64,000 nt of DNA from the IMG/VR virus record IMGVR_UViG_3300043777_000086, positions 1 to 64,000 of that record. The stretch is one strand, 5' to 3'. The notes under the pieces are model-generated. The model saw only the letters and a program-made list of their open reading frames with translations. It made no database searches and was not told where the DNA came from. The translations under genes and the position numbers were made by a program. The DNA is from a virus. Positions within the stretch are counted from its first letter, which is position 1; each line of letters starts with the position of its first letter. Below are positions 8,754-16,806 of this stretch, piece after piece.

Positions 8754-10413
8754 AGGACCAAAGACTGAGATTGTCGCAGCTACAGCGGCGACACCTGCCG
8801 CGGCGGCGCCGGCCTCGGTCCCGGATATCACCAACAAGACATGGTTCCGCGGGGTGCCCCCTGAGGACAAATTAAACCGCATGTACGGGTTCTCGAAGGC
8901 GATCTGCAACGCGGCATTCATCAGCCCTGTTGTGCGAGGCGACGAAGCCTCGGTTTTTTATTTGGTTTCAATGGCGGAGGATCTCGGGGCGCAATGGACG
9001 CACGGGCTTCGGTCGATCTACCCGCTCGTGAAGCGCGGCAAGGATGGTGATGGGGATCAGATCCGTGCCGGCATCCAGGGAGACCTGGCGCTGGCGCTGC
9101 TCCTTGGGCGTAAGTTCAAGGTCAAAATCAAGGAATCCACGGATGAGATAGCTACGGTCTGGATGCAGCGTCCGGACGAAACGATGGAGTTCGAGGACAG
9201 CTTCACGATCGCCGAGGCGCAGAAGTTGGGACTCACTAGCAAGCCTAACTGGGGCTACAAAAAAGACATGCTGCGCTGGAGGGCGATCATGCGAGTAGCG
9301 CGCATTGTGGCAGCGGATATATTGGGTGGCATGTACCTCCCTGACGAAATCGAGGGTCTCCCCGAGGAGCGCGGCGACGCGGGTAACGGGGCCTTCCGGG
9401 ACGAGGCTCAGCGCCAGCTTGATAACCCCTATACCGTTGGCCGCAAGACTACGGATGCGCCTGCTGCCGAGGTCGTAGTCGCGGTTAAGCCTTCCGAGAG
9501 TCCGAAGTCGGACGCGCCCGCAGAGCCCGAAAAGCGAGACAATACCAGCGCTACCCCGAGACCCGCCGAGACCCGCAAACCCAGCGCCCCTCCTGAGGTG
9601 CGTACCCCCAAGGCTCAGGACGACAAGGAGCCACCCCTATTCACGGAGACCGTACCGCCGGAGAAGATCAGCGATCCGGAGCCTGCGCCTGCCGCAGCGG
9701 AGCCGGGCGAGCCAGCCAAGGCCGACAAGTCCAAGTCTCCGATCCCCATCGACGGCAAGAAGACAGTCAAGGACATTCTGCTCGAGATGACGGACCTCCT
9801 GCCGACCGTGTCTCCCGAGACGCTTACGCGTAAGACCTTCCCGGAGTTCCTGCGCGGCTTCATGGGGCGCGATCTGAAGGGGCTCAAGAAGGAGCAGGTG
9901 GACCCGGCGCTAGCGATCCTTCCGCCCCTGCTGCGCGATTACAAGCCTCAGTTCCTACGCGACCCGCATGGGGCGGGCGTCATGTGCGGCGCCGGCTGGA
10001 ACAAGTTCGTCCGGTGGTTCGATGAATCCTGGCCGGAGGACTGCAAGCAACTGGCGATCTCGATCGGCGTCGAACGCTATTCGGACAGCGGCGGGTTTGA
10101 TCTCGCGGAGTTTCTGACGGACCCGGTAGACATCAAGAATATGAACCCCTCCGAGCTTCGGACGTTCATGCAGGTGCTCTCAAAGACCCGTGAGGCGATC
10201 CTGCTTAAGGACGCAGCAACGAAGTACGGCGTGTCGATGCTCGCGATTATGAACTCCTGGGATCTCGACATTTTGAATGCGGACGCCGCTACGGTTGAGG
10301 CGTGCCTGAAGAAATCCCTAATCGAAGGGATTGAAGGCGCTGCCGAGCCGGTGACGGCGGGTGTAGATCCGAATTCGGATGAAGACGATTTGGGTTTGTT
10401 CGATGAAGAGTAA
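8740..10413 (+). CDS. RecT-like single-strand annealing protein with a long Pro-rich linker and an extra C-terminal domain
   Basis: FTIAEAQKLGL..NW..KDMLRWRA..ARIVAADILGG motif; acidic C-terminal tip. Confidence 0.75.
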   Translation: MATPEGPKTEIVAATAATPAAAAPASVPDITNKTWFRGVPPEDKLNRMYGFSKAICNAAFISPVVRGDEASVFYLVSMAEDLGAQWTHGLRSIYPLVKRGKDGDGDQIRAGIQGDLALALLLGRKFKVKIKESTDEIATVWMQRPDETMEFEDSFTIAEAQKLGLTSKPNWGYKKDMLRWRAIMRVARIVAADILGGMYLPDEIEGLPEERGDAGNGAFRDEAQRQLDNPYTVGRKTTDAPAAEVVVAVKPSESPKSDAPAEPEKRDNTSATPRPAETRKPSAPPEVRTPKAQDDKEPPLFTETVPPEKISDPEPAPAAAEPGEPAKADKSKSPIPIDGKKTVKDILLEMTDLLPTVSPETLTRKTFPEFLRGFMGRDLKGLKKEQVDPALAILPPLLRDYKPQFLRDPHGAGVMCGAGWNKFVRWFDESWPEDCKQLAISIGVERYSDSGGFDLAEFLTDPVDIKNMNPSELRTFMQVLSKTREAILLKDAATKYGVSMLAIMNSWDLDILNADAATVEACLKKSLIEGIEGAAEPVTAGVDPNSDEDDLGLFDEE

Positions 10414-10657
10414 ATACGTTTGCATAGAGCTGGTGGGGCCTTCCGATTCCGGGAAGACCGAGGTGCATCAGGTCCTGACGGCTGATCGACTGGTTCGCCT
10501 GGGGATGGTTTCTTGGTACGCGCCATGGCGAAAATACGTGTTCCATCCGAGCGGTGGGACGCTTTACGATCCGAATTGCCTGCGGGATATCGCGGATTCC
10601 GTGGACGGGCTCAACCGGCAGCACCGCGAAGGGAAGAAGGAGGCAGTAGCAAAATGA
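10403..10657 (+). CDS. hypothetical phage protein
   Basis: LGMVSWYAPWRKYVF..CLRDIAD motif. Confidence 0.65.
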   Translation: MKSKYVCIELVGPSDSGKTEVHQVLTADRLVRLGMVSWYAPWRKYVFHPSGGTLYDPNCLRDIADSVDGLNRQHREGKKEAVAK

Positions 10658-10818
10658 AAAACTACATCCTATACCGCGTTCTGGTTGACGGCACGCGCGT
10701 CGAGTGGGGGGCTTCTCCAACGGTCGATGGGCTGGTGCGGTGGGCTCATAACGCCGAGAAGCAGGGCATCCGCGTGGATATCACGGACGCGGACGGGGTA
10801 CTTGTATACCCATGCTAG
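10654..10818 (+). CDS. small hypothetical protein
   Basis: GGAGG RBS, ATGA coupling. Confidence 0.55.
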   Translation: MKNYILYRVLVDGTRVEWGASPTVDGLVRWAHNAEKQGIRVDITDADGVLVYPC

Positions 10819-10949
10819 ATTCTGCCGTTGCTTCACGCCCCTCGCGCGTGGCATACTTTTCTTTCGGGCGTCGATGCCTGAAAGTTTCTCGCACCACGGC
10901 CGGGAGCCCTAACTCCCGGCCAGCGAGAACCCCTTTAGGGAGGGGGAAT

Positions 10950-11879
10950 ATGGAAGAAATTAACCCCCGTTGCGAATGCCATAAAATTCTTGGTGGAACA
11001 GCCAAGAAAAAACCTAGGATATTTAGATGCGCAGCACATTCAGCGGGAATCACTCCGGCTTTTGATCTTAGTGGGCTTCCGTTGGTGCGTAAGTGTGTTC
11101 GGTGCTCCACTCCGTTCTTAGTTATGAGCGGTCAAGTTGTCGGCAGCAACCGCAGAGAGTTCTGCTCGCGCAGATGCGCTTTATTGACCTTTACCCCTAA
11201 CCCAATAAAAGAAATACCAATTAAAGCAGGGGACACATTCGGGCGTCTTCATGTAATCGAATGCCCAGAATCTATGCGTGCTCCGGCCATAACCCTAAAG
11301 ATCAGGTGTCTTTGCGAGTGCGGACGAGAACGTTACGTGCGGGCGAGTGCTCTTCTGGCTCCACGTAAACCGACTCGGTCGTGTGGCTGCCTAGGTAGAG
11401 CACTACGCGTTAATTCAAGAGACGGCTTATCCAAAACTCTTGAATACAATTCCTGGTATTCGCTAAAGTATCGGTGTTGTGTTGTTTCGCCTACTTCGAC
11501 ATACCAGAACTACGGCGGGCGCGGCATCATGGTTTGTGAGCGGTGGCTAGATCCGGTTGACGGGTTTACAAATTTCCTGTCCGACATGGGTCCGCGCCCC
11601 GGTCCTGAATACTCCATTGAGCGCAGAGATAACAACGGGAATTACGAACCGGGAAACTGCAAGTGGGCAACAAAGAAAGAACAGGCTAATAATACGCGTT
11701 CCAACCATTTTTTGGAGCTAGATGGAGAGAGGATCACATTGGGCGAGTTCGCGAGACGAAAGGGTGTTACGATCCAGTGTATTTTGTACCGACTAAAACA
11801 TAAGCGCTCTCTGGATGGACCGTACCGCCCCAACCCACGGCGCGGGATAAAGCTAGGAGCGCGCAATGCTCAGCTTTGA
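10950..11879 (+). CDS. HNH homing endonuclease with Zn-finger N-terminus
   Basis: YGGRGIMVCERW..FLSDMGPRP..SIERRDNNGNYEPGNCKWAT. Confidence 0.92.
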   Translation: MEEINPRCECHKILGGTAKKKPRIFRCAAHSAGITPAFDLSGLPLVRKCVRCSTPFLVMSGQVVGSNRREFCSRRCALLTFTPNPIKEIPIKAGDTFGRLHVIECPESMRAPAITLKIRCLCECGRERYVRASALLAPRKPTRSCGCLGRALRVNSRDGLSKTLEYNSWYSLKYRCCVVSPTSTYQNYGGRGIMVCERWLDPVDGFTNFLSDMGPRPGPEYSIERRDNNGNYEPGNCKWATKKEQANNTRSNHFLELDGERITLGEFARRKGVTIQCILYRLKHKRSLDGPYRPNPRRGIKLGARNAQL

Positions 11880-12522
11880 TCCTTTACTTCATGAGTATCA
11901 CGCATCGGGACGCTTACTTCCCTCAGTCACCACCATCATGCGCGCAACTGGGCTCGTGAACGGATGGAGCATCAAGGAGGATCCGCAGTACCGCATGCGT
12001 GGACAGGCCGCCCATGAGGCTGCGCGCCTGATCGATACCGGGGAGTATTCGGAGGAAGGTACTCACGAGCTAATCAGACCCTACGCGCGGCAGTACCGGC
12101 AGTTTGTGTCTGACATCGGATTTATCGCTCATGGCTGGGAAATTTCCATGGCGCACATCACGCTAGGATTTGCCGGGACTTTCGACATTGTGGGTCTCGA
12201 TAAGAACGGCGATGTTCTTTTGATCGACGTGAAAACCGGATCGTCTATGCCCCAATTGGTTGGCGTACAGTTGGCGGCCTACGAGCAGTTGATTATCGAG
12301 GGGGCCGATATCCCGAAGTCGGATGAGCCTCAACTGCGGAACTGGGCTTCTAAGCTCATCCGGGATCATCCAAAAACCAAGCTGAGAAAGCGCTGTCTGC
12401 ATCTTCCCGGTGGTGATGTCTCTCGTGGCGTCCTTAAGTCCTTCGATGAACCGCGTTGGTCTTCTATTTGGCGTGGGGCTCTGAATGTATACAACGCCCG
12501 CAAGGAAGCGGGGCTGCTTTGA
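11866..12522 (+). CDS. PD-(D/E)XK (RecB/Cas4-like) exonuclease
   Basis: PSVTTI, RG..AH, FAGTFD, LIDVKTG, QLAAY motifs. Confidence 0.85.
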   Translation: MLSFDPLLHEYHASGRLLPSVTTIMRATGLVNGWSIKEDPQYRMRGQAAHEAARLIDTGEYSEEGTHELIRPYARQYRQFVSDIGFIAHGWEISMAHITLGFAGTFDIVGLDKNGDVLLIDVKTGSSMPQLVGVQLAAYEQLIIEGADIPKSDEPQLRNWASKLIRDHPKTKLRKRCLHLPGGDVSRGVLKSFDEPRWSSIWRGALNVYNARKEAGLL

Positions 12523-12615
12523 AAACTCAACCTTGCCCGAAGTGCGGTAAGCGTCGAGTCCTGGCTGATGGCCGACTGTGCTGCATCTGTAGGGAAATTC
12601 CTAAAAGGAGAAAAT

Positions 12616-13377
12616 GTGCCAACTAAGGAGCTTACCGGCGCGATTACGCTGGACCTTTCGCGCCAACCACAAGGGGAAATCGGGGATGCCGCTCGCCTGG
12701 CGCTAGCCTTGAGCCAGATCACCGTCGAGGACGACGTGAGCTTTAGACGCGCCTCTGAGATTGCCCAGATTGCGGCGTCGCGCATTAAGGCCGTGGAGGA
12801 TGAGTTCGAAGCCGACAAGGACACGGCCTATCGGATGCACAAATCGATCACCGGCCGCATCAAGCGCTGGACAGACCCATATAAGGCCATCAGAGAGAAG
12901 GCGGAGGCTCTGATGAAACCCTACATCCAAGCCCTCGAAGCCACCAAGGCCGCGCAGGAGGAGAACATCAAGGCGAGCGGCGAGGATGCCCGCCAGGAAC
13001 TGCTCGAGCAGGCCAAGCAGGCCCGGCGCCGGGGAGATATCAAAGCCGCGCGGGAACTAGAGGAGCAGGCCGAGGCGATCGTGACCGACGTCGTACTCGC
13101 CTCTAATGAACCGGAAGTGGACGGTCAGCAGATCCGCCGTCCGTGGATGGGGCAAGTGGATAACGTGATGGAGCTTATCGTGGCAATCGCAGAGGGACGA
13201 CAACCCCTACTCACTACCATAGAAGTCAAGGGTGAGAAGAAGGAGGTTCCGTTCTTGATCGTCAATGAACAGGCGATAACTTACTGGGCCAAGAAGCTTC
13301 AGGATAGCATGAAGATACCTGGCTGCAAGGCTGTTAAAGACATAAACTTCGCGATGAAAAGGAGCGGAAATGGCTGA
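12616..13377 (+). CDS. coiled-coil phage protein of the recombination module
   Basis: AAGGAG RBS before GTG 12616; C-terminal IPGC motif. Confidence 0.7.
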   Translation: MPTKELTGAITLDLSRQPQGEIGDAARLALALSQITVEDDVSFRRASEIAQIAASRIKAVEDEFEADKDTAYRMHKSITGRIKRWTDPYKAIREKAEALMKPYIQALEATKAAQEENIKASGEDARQELLEQAKQARRRGDIKAARELEEQAEAIVTDVVLASNEPEVDGQQIRRPWMGQVDNVMELIVAIAEGRQPLLTTIEVKGEKKEVPFLIVNEQAITYWAKKLQDSMKIPGCKAVKDINFAMKRSGNG

Positions 13378-13591
13378 CTTTGATATGGTCGCGGTCGATA
13401 GCAGCAACATCGACAAGATCGGATACCGAGAGGAGACTCACTCACTGCGAGTGCTGTTCTCGTCCGGGCAGCTTTGGGAATACGTGGACGTCCCTTCCGA
13501 TGAACACCGTAACTTTATGGCGGCGTCGTCCAAAGGTCGCTATTTTAACGAATGTATCCGTAGGGTCTACGAAGGGAGGAAGATCTCCTGA
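13370..13591 (+). CDS. KTSC domain protein
   Basis: VDSSNIDKIGY..L.V.F.SG..Y.DVP..ASSKGRYFN. Confidence 0.92.
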   Translation: MADFDMVAVDSSNIDKIGYREETHSLRVLFSSGQLWEYVDVPSDEHRNFMAASSKGRYFNECIRRVYEGRKIS

Positions 13592-13782
13592 TGGCGATCC
13601 TCATCGGAGTTGCGGGGCTACTCGGGATGTGGGTACTCGTCTGCCTTGTGCTCGACGGCTACCCATCGATGGTAGACACCTGGGCACTGGCACTCAAGCG
13701 GCATGCCGCAAGCGTGCGTACGATGCAGAATAAGCGCTCGGCTGTGCTAGCCGAGGCGTGGATACGGGAGTTGGAAAAATGA
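13591..13782 (+). CDS. small membrane protein
   Basis: N-terminal hydrophobic segment. Confidence 0.6.
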   Translation: MAILIGVAGLLGMWVLVCLVLDGYPSMVDTWALALKRHAASVRTMQNKRSAVLAEAWIRELEK

Positions 13783-14696
13783 CCCTCAGGTCTCTCAAGC
13801 CCGGCGACTCGCTCGACCAGGTCGTACTGGTTTCGGAATGCCAAGCTAAGCGCACCAAGAAGGACACCGCCTATTGGTCGCTCGTAGTGCGAGATAAGAC
13901 CGCCTCGCTCGACGCGAAGTGTTGGAGCCCGCCGGCGAACACCGAAATCCCGATCGCCGGGAACTTCGTGCGGCTGATCGGCACAGTCGAGGATTATCGC
14001 GGTGAGCCGCAGTTGAACGTGACGGATTTGACCTACGCTGACCCGGCCACCGTACAGATGGCGGACTTCCTTCCATGCTCGGAGCGGCCCGCCGAGGAGA
14101 TGCACCGCGAACTAGTAGAGAAAGTCCGAACCCGGATACAGTCGGAGCCGCTCAAGGCTATGCTCATCGATATGCTCACCGATGAGAAAATCAAGTCGGT
14201 GTTATTGCGGTCGCCGGCGGCCGCTAGAAATCACCATGCAAAATTGGGTGGACTCTTGGAGCACATCCTCTCGCTCTGGTGGCTCTCTGAATCCGTAGCG
14301 ATGCACTACGACAAGCTCATCAACCGGGATCTGCTGCTGGCTTACTGTGTGGTCCACGATTTTGGCAAAACTAAGGAACTCAGCGTAGACCTAGGTTTCT
14401 CCTACACGCCGATCGGGGACCTCGTGGGCCACGTGATCATCGGGGCGCATTTGCTATGGCACTACACGCGGAAGCACAAGCTCCCGGTGGATCTAGAGCT
14501 GAAACTCTTACATGGCGTGAGCGGGCATCACGGTGAGTTTGGGGATATCAAACCGCAGACGATGGAACTGCAAGTCTTTCATTGGCTCGATCAGCTTGAC
14601 GCGAGCGTGGAGGCTATCCGCGCGGCGCTGGCTGAGGATACCACCGGACTGCCGGCTGTCATGGTTCCCATGCTCCGAAGGGAGTTTTACCGATGA
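13779..14696 (+). CDS. yhaM: YhaM/Cbf1-family 3'-5' exonuclease (OB fold + HD domain)
   Basis: OB fold (RDKTASLDAKCW), PAAARNHHA..GGLLEH, HDFGK, GH, SGHHG, LDQLDA. Confidence 0.88.
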   Translation: MTLRSLKPGDSLDQVVLVSECQAKRTKKDTAYWSLVVRDKTASLDAKCWSPPANTEIPIAGNFVRLIGTVEDYRGEPQLNVTDLTYADPATVQMADFLPCSERPAEEMHRELVEKVRTRIQSEPLKAMLIDMLTDEKIKSVLLRSPAAARNHHAKLGGLLEHILSLWWLSESVAMHYDKLINRDLLLAYCVVHDFGKTKELSVDLGFSYTPIGDLVGHVIIGAHLLWHYTRKHKLPVDLELKLLHGVSGHHGEFGDIKPQTMELQVFHWLDQLDASVEAIRAALAEDTTGLPAVMVPMLRREFYR

Positions 14697-15022
14697 CAGC
14701 GCATCAGCTTATCGATAAGTTCGACTCGCTGTGCTTCGGAAAGGAGCGACCCACTCACATATTTGTGGGTGAGGATCTTTTCGAATGGCTCGACGGATTA
14801 GTCGCACGCGAACGCAACCACACTGGCCCGTCTAGGGGGTTGATTGAGGTATACAGGATTAGGACCTCTTCTGGGAATCTCCCCTTTAATGGCGCTGAGG
14901 TTTGCCGCGACAGCCTGATTCCACCCATGGCCGCCCACTTCTGGAATATGAACAATCCGCACGACCCGCGCTACAACGCGTACGTGGACTTTGGGAGGAC
15001 TGATGACCAACGAACAGCTTGA
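14693..15022 (+). CDS. hypothetical protein
   Basis: ATGA coupling. Confidence 0.6.
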   Translation: MTAHQLIDKFDSLCFGKERPTHIFVGEDLFEWLDGLVARERNHTGPSRGLIEVYRIRTSSGNLPFNGAEVCRDSLIPPMAAHFWNMNNPHDPRYNAYVDFGRTDDQRTA

Positions 15023-15221
15023 GGATTTGAAGCGCGAGATCAGGATATCCGTACGGGCGCTGGAGATTTCGAATGTAGCTTCGACCCTACTCTCGGGATG
15101 GCTTCCTAACGGCAATGAAAAGCCTGCAATACACAACGATCGCGTCATGCGTGCGATCTATCTTGCTCGCGACATCGTTTACGATGCCGAGACTACGTCC
15201 GTAGCGAAGGAGTTGAGATGA
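15003..15221 (+). CDS. hypothetical protein
   Basis: GGAGG RBS. Confidence 0.6.
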   Translation: MTNEQLEDLKREIRISVRALEISNVASTLLSGWLPNGNEKPAIHNDRVMRAIYLARDIVYDAETTSVAKELR

Positions 15222-15664
15222 CCACTCGCCGCGTCTTTCTTGCTTTCCTTTCGCTGCCGGTGGTGATGCCGGTGGCGCGCAGAGTGCAGGCGGCTTACCA
15301 TCGCCATAGGAAGGCATGTGCCTACGTCGCCCTAGATATCGAGATCAGCAGTCCGATCTGTGTAACGCTCGACCTTGATGGGGTGCCGCAAACGCGGTAT
15401 GTGTTCCCTCCCGCGTCGGGACGGCAGGCGATCTATCTGCCTATATATCGGCCAGCGAAGCACTTTAGACTCGCGGTGGCTTCAAGCTCTGAGCCGTTTA
15501 AGTTTTATACATACTCGCACTTGGGTGTCGATCCGAACTCAGGTAGGGATGTTTTTGTGGATGTGACGCGCAACAAGGATGGGTCACTCAGGAGCGCTGA
15601 GATATCGCCGCTGAGCGAAGAAGAGATTGAGGATTTAAGGAGGCAGTACCATGGGGGAGCTTAG
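15218..15664 (+). CDS. hypothetical protein with Tat-like N-terminus (TRRVFL) and a beta-sandwich resembling the nozzle repeats
   Basis: AAGGAG RBS; similarity by eye to the C-terminus of 50030..54700. Confidence 0.65.
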   Translation: MTTRRVFLAFLSLPVVMPVARRVQAAYHRHRKACAYVALDIEISSPICVTLDLDGVPQTRYVFPPASGRQAIYLPIYRPAKHFRLAVASSSEPFKFYTYSHLGVDPNSGRDVFVDVTRNKDGSLRSAEISPLSEEEIEDLRRQYHGGA

Positions 15665-16076
15665 CATACTGAATGTGGGCGCAGGCGACACAAAGCTCAC
15701 ATTTGACAACACCAACCCGGCCGAGACGCTTCGCACGGGTAGGATTATCCGGGACATGCTGCGTCGTGGGTACGCGCTTCTAGTGGAGGTTGAGCGTGAC
15801 GGAGAGAAAAAGTTTGAGCGCGCTCTGGGGTTTAACGAAAGCACTAACTGCTACATCATTGCGGATTTCGATCCGATCGTAGCTCAAGAACAAGACAGCA
15901 AGGAGGAATATGGGGAAGGCCTCGAGAAGGAAGCTGGATCTTCGGCAGAGACAGAACAGCCGCGAGCAGAGGTTATGGCGCCGACGGGGGGCCGAGGACG
16001 CCGCGGAGGTCGTCGTAAGGAAGTTAGCGCAGAGGGAACGCGCGCTGTCGCTGTGGGACGAAGCGCTGGCGGCTGA
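15651..16076 (+). CDS. small phage protein ending in di-glycine (…RSAGG)
   Basis: AGGAGG RBS; GDTKL..RGY motifs; terminal GG. Confidence 0.75.
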   Translation: MGELSILNVGAGDTKLTFDNTNPAETLRTGRIIRDMLRRGYALLVEVERDGEKKFERALGFNESTNCYIIADFDPIVAQEQDSKEEYGEGLEKEAGSSAETEQPRAEVMAPTGGRGRRGGRRKEVSAEGTRAVAVGRSAGG

Positions 16077-16806
16077 CAAGGAGTACAGAAACCAGTCCTC
16101 GGACGGGCTGATTTCGATGCACTCAATCGAGCGCGCAGTGAACCTGCTGGCCGAAGACGCTTATGAATGGGCTGGCATTCCCATGCCGCTTCGGGGAGAG
16201 AGTCTTACGATCGAACCATCCTACCCATTCTCTAAGGTTTTATCGGGTCCGATCGCGACTGAGGGTACATCGCTACATGTCTGCCGGAATTCAGACGTTG
16301 ACGAAAGCACTCACCACCGCAACACGTTCTGGTCCTGGAAATACCGGAATCGTATCGAGGTCTGGTCGCAGGGCGGGAAGATTAAGTGGGGTCCTCAGAC
16401 CGTAAAGCGCTCCACCTACGACATGCGGACCATGGGATGTTCAGAGGCTTGGCAGCTCGAGTCAGAATTCAGAGCGCTCGGGACCCTAAAAACCCTAGTG
16501 TCACACCGCGCCTGGAGACAATACTTTCTGACGGGCATGTTTATCGAGACTAGTAAGCGCAGCAAGATCAAGTACGTTTTCCGCAAGTTGCGCCCTACTA
16601 TCGCGATGACCACCAAGGGGGATGAGTTGAGCATCCTGTGCTGCCTTTGCCTTCACCCGATCGGGTACTACGAGAACTCCTTTGCTGGATCCCTAGTCCC
16701 AACCGATGATGTGATCGCTCACCTTATACTCATGCGGGGAGATGAGCATCTATTCTGGAAGCGTTCTAATCAGCATCCCTCATGGACCCCAGAGGCGGCA
16801 ATCTGA
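15910..16806 (+). CDS. phage protein with C-x-HP and D motifs, partner of the GG-terminated protein
   Basis: Perfect AGGAGG RBS at 15901; CLHPIGYY..PTDDVIAHL..DE..FW..NQH. Confidence 0.8.
   Translation: MGKASRRKLDLRQRQNSREQRLWRRRGAEDAAEVVVRKLAQRERALSLWDEALAADKEYRNQSSDGLISMHSIERAVNLLAEDAYEWAGIPMPLRGESLTIEPSYPFSKVLSGPIATEGTSLHVCRNSDVDESTHHRNTFWSWKYRNRIEVWSQGGKIKWGPQTVKRSTYDMRTMGCSEAWQLESEFRALGTLKTLVSHRAWRQYFLTGMFIETSKRSKIKYVFRKLRPTIAMTTKGDELSILCCLCLHPIGYYENSFAGSLVPTDDVIAHLILMRGDEHLFWKRSNQHPSWTPEAAI

Noticed and set aside
11866-12522. CRISPR Cas4
   Set aside because: It lacks the four-Cys Fe-S cluster and any cas context, so it is better read as a recombination exonuclease.
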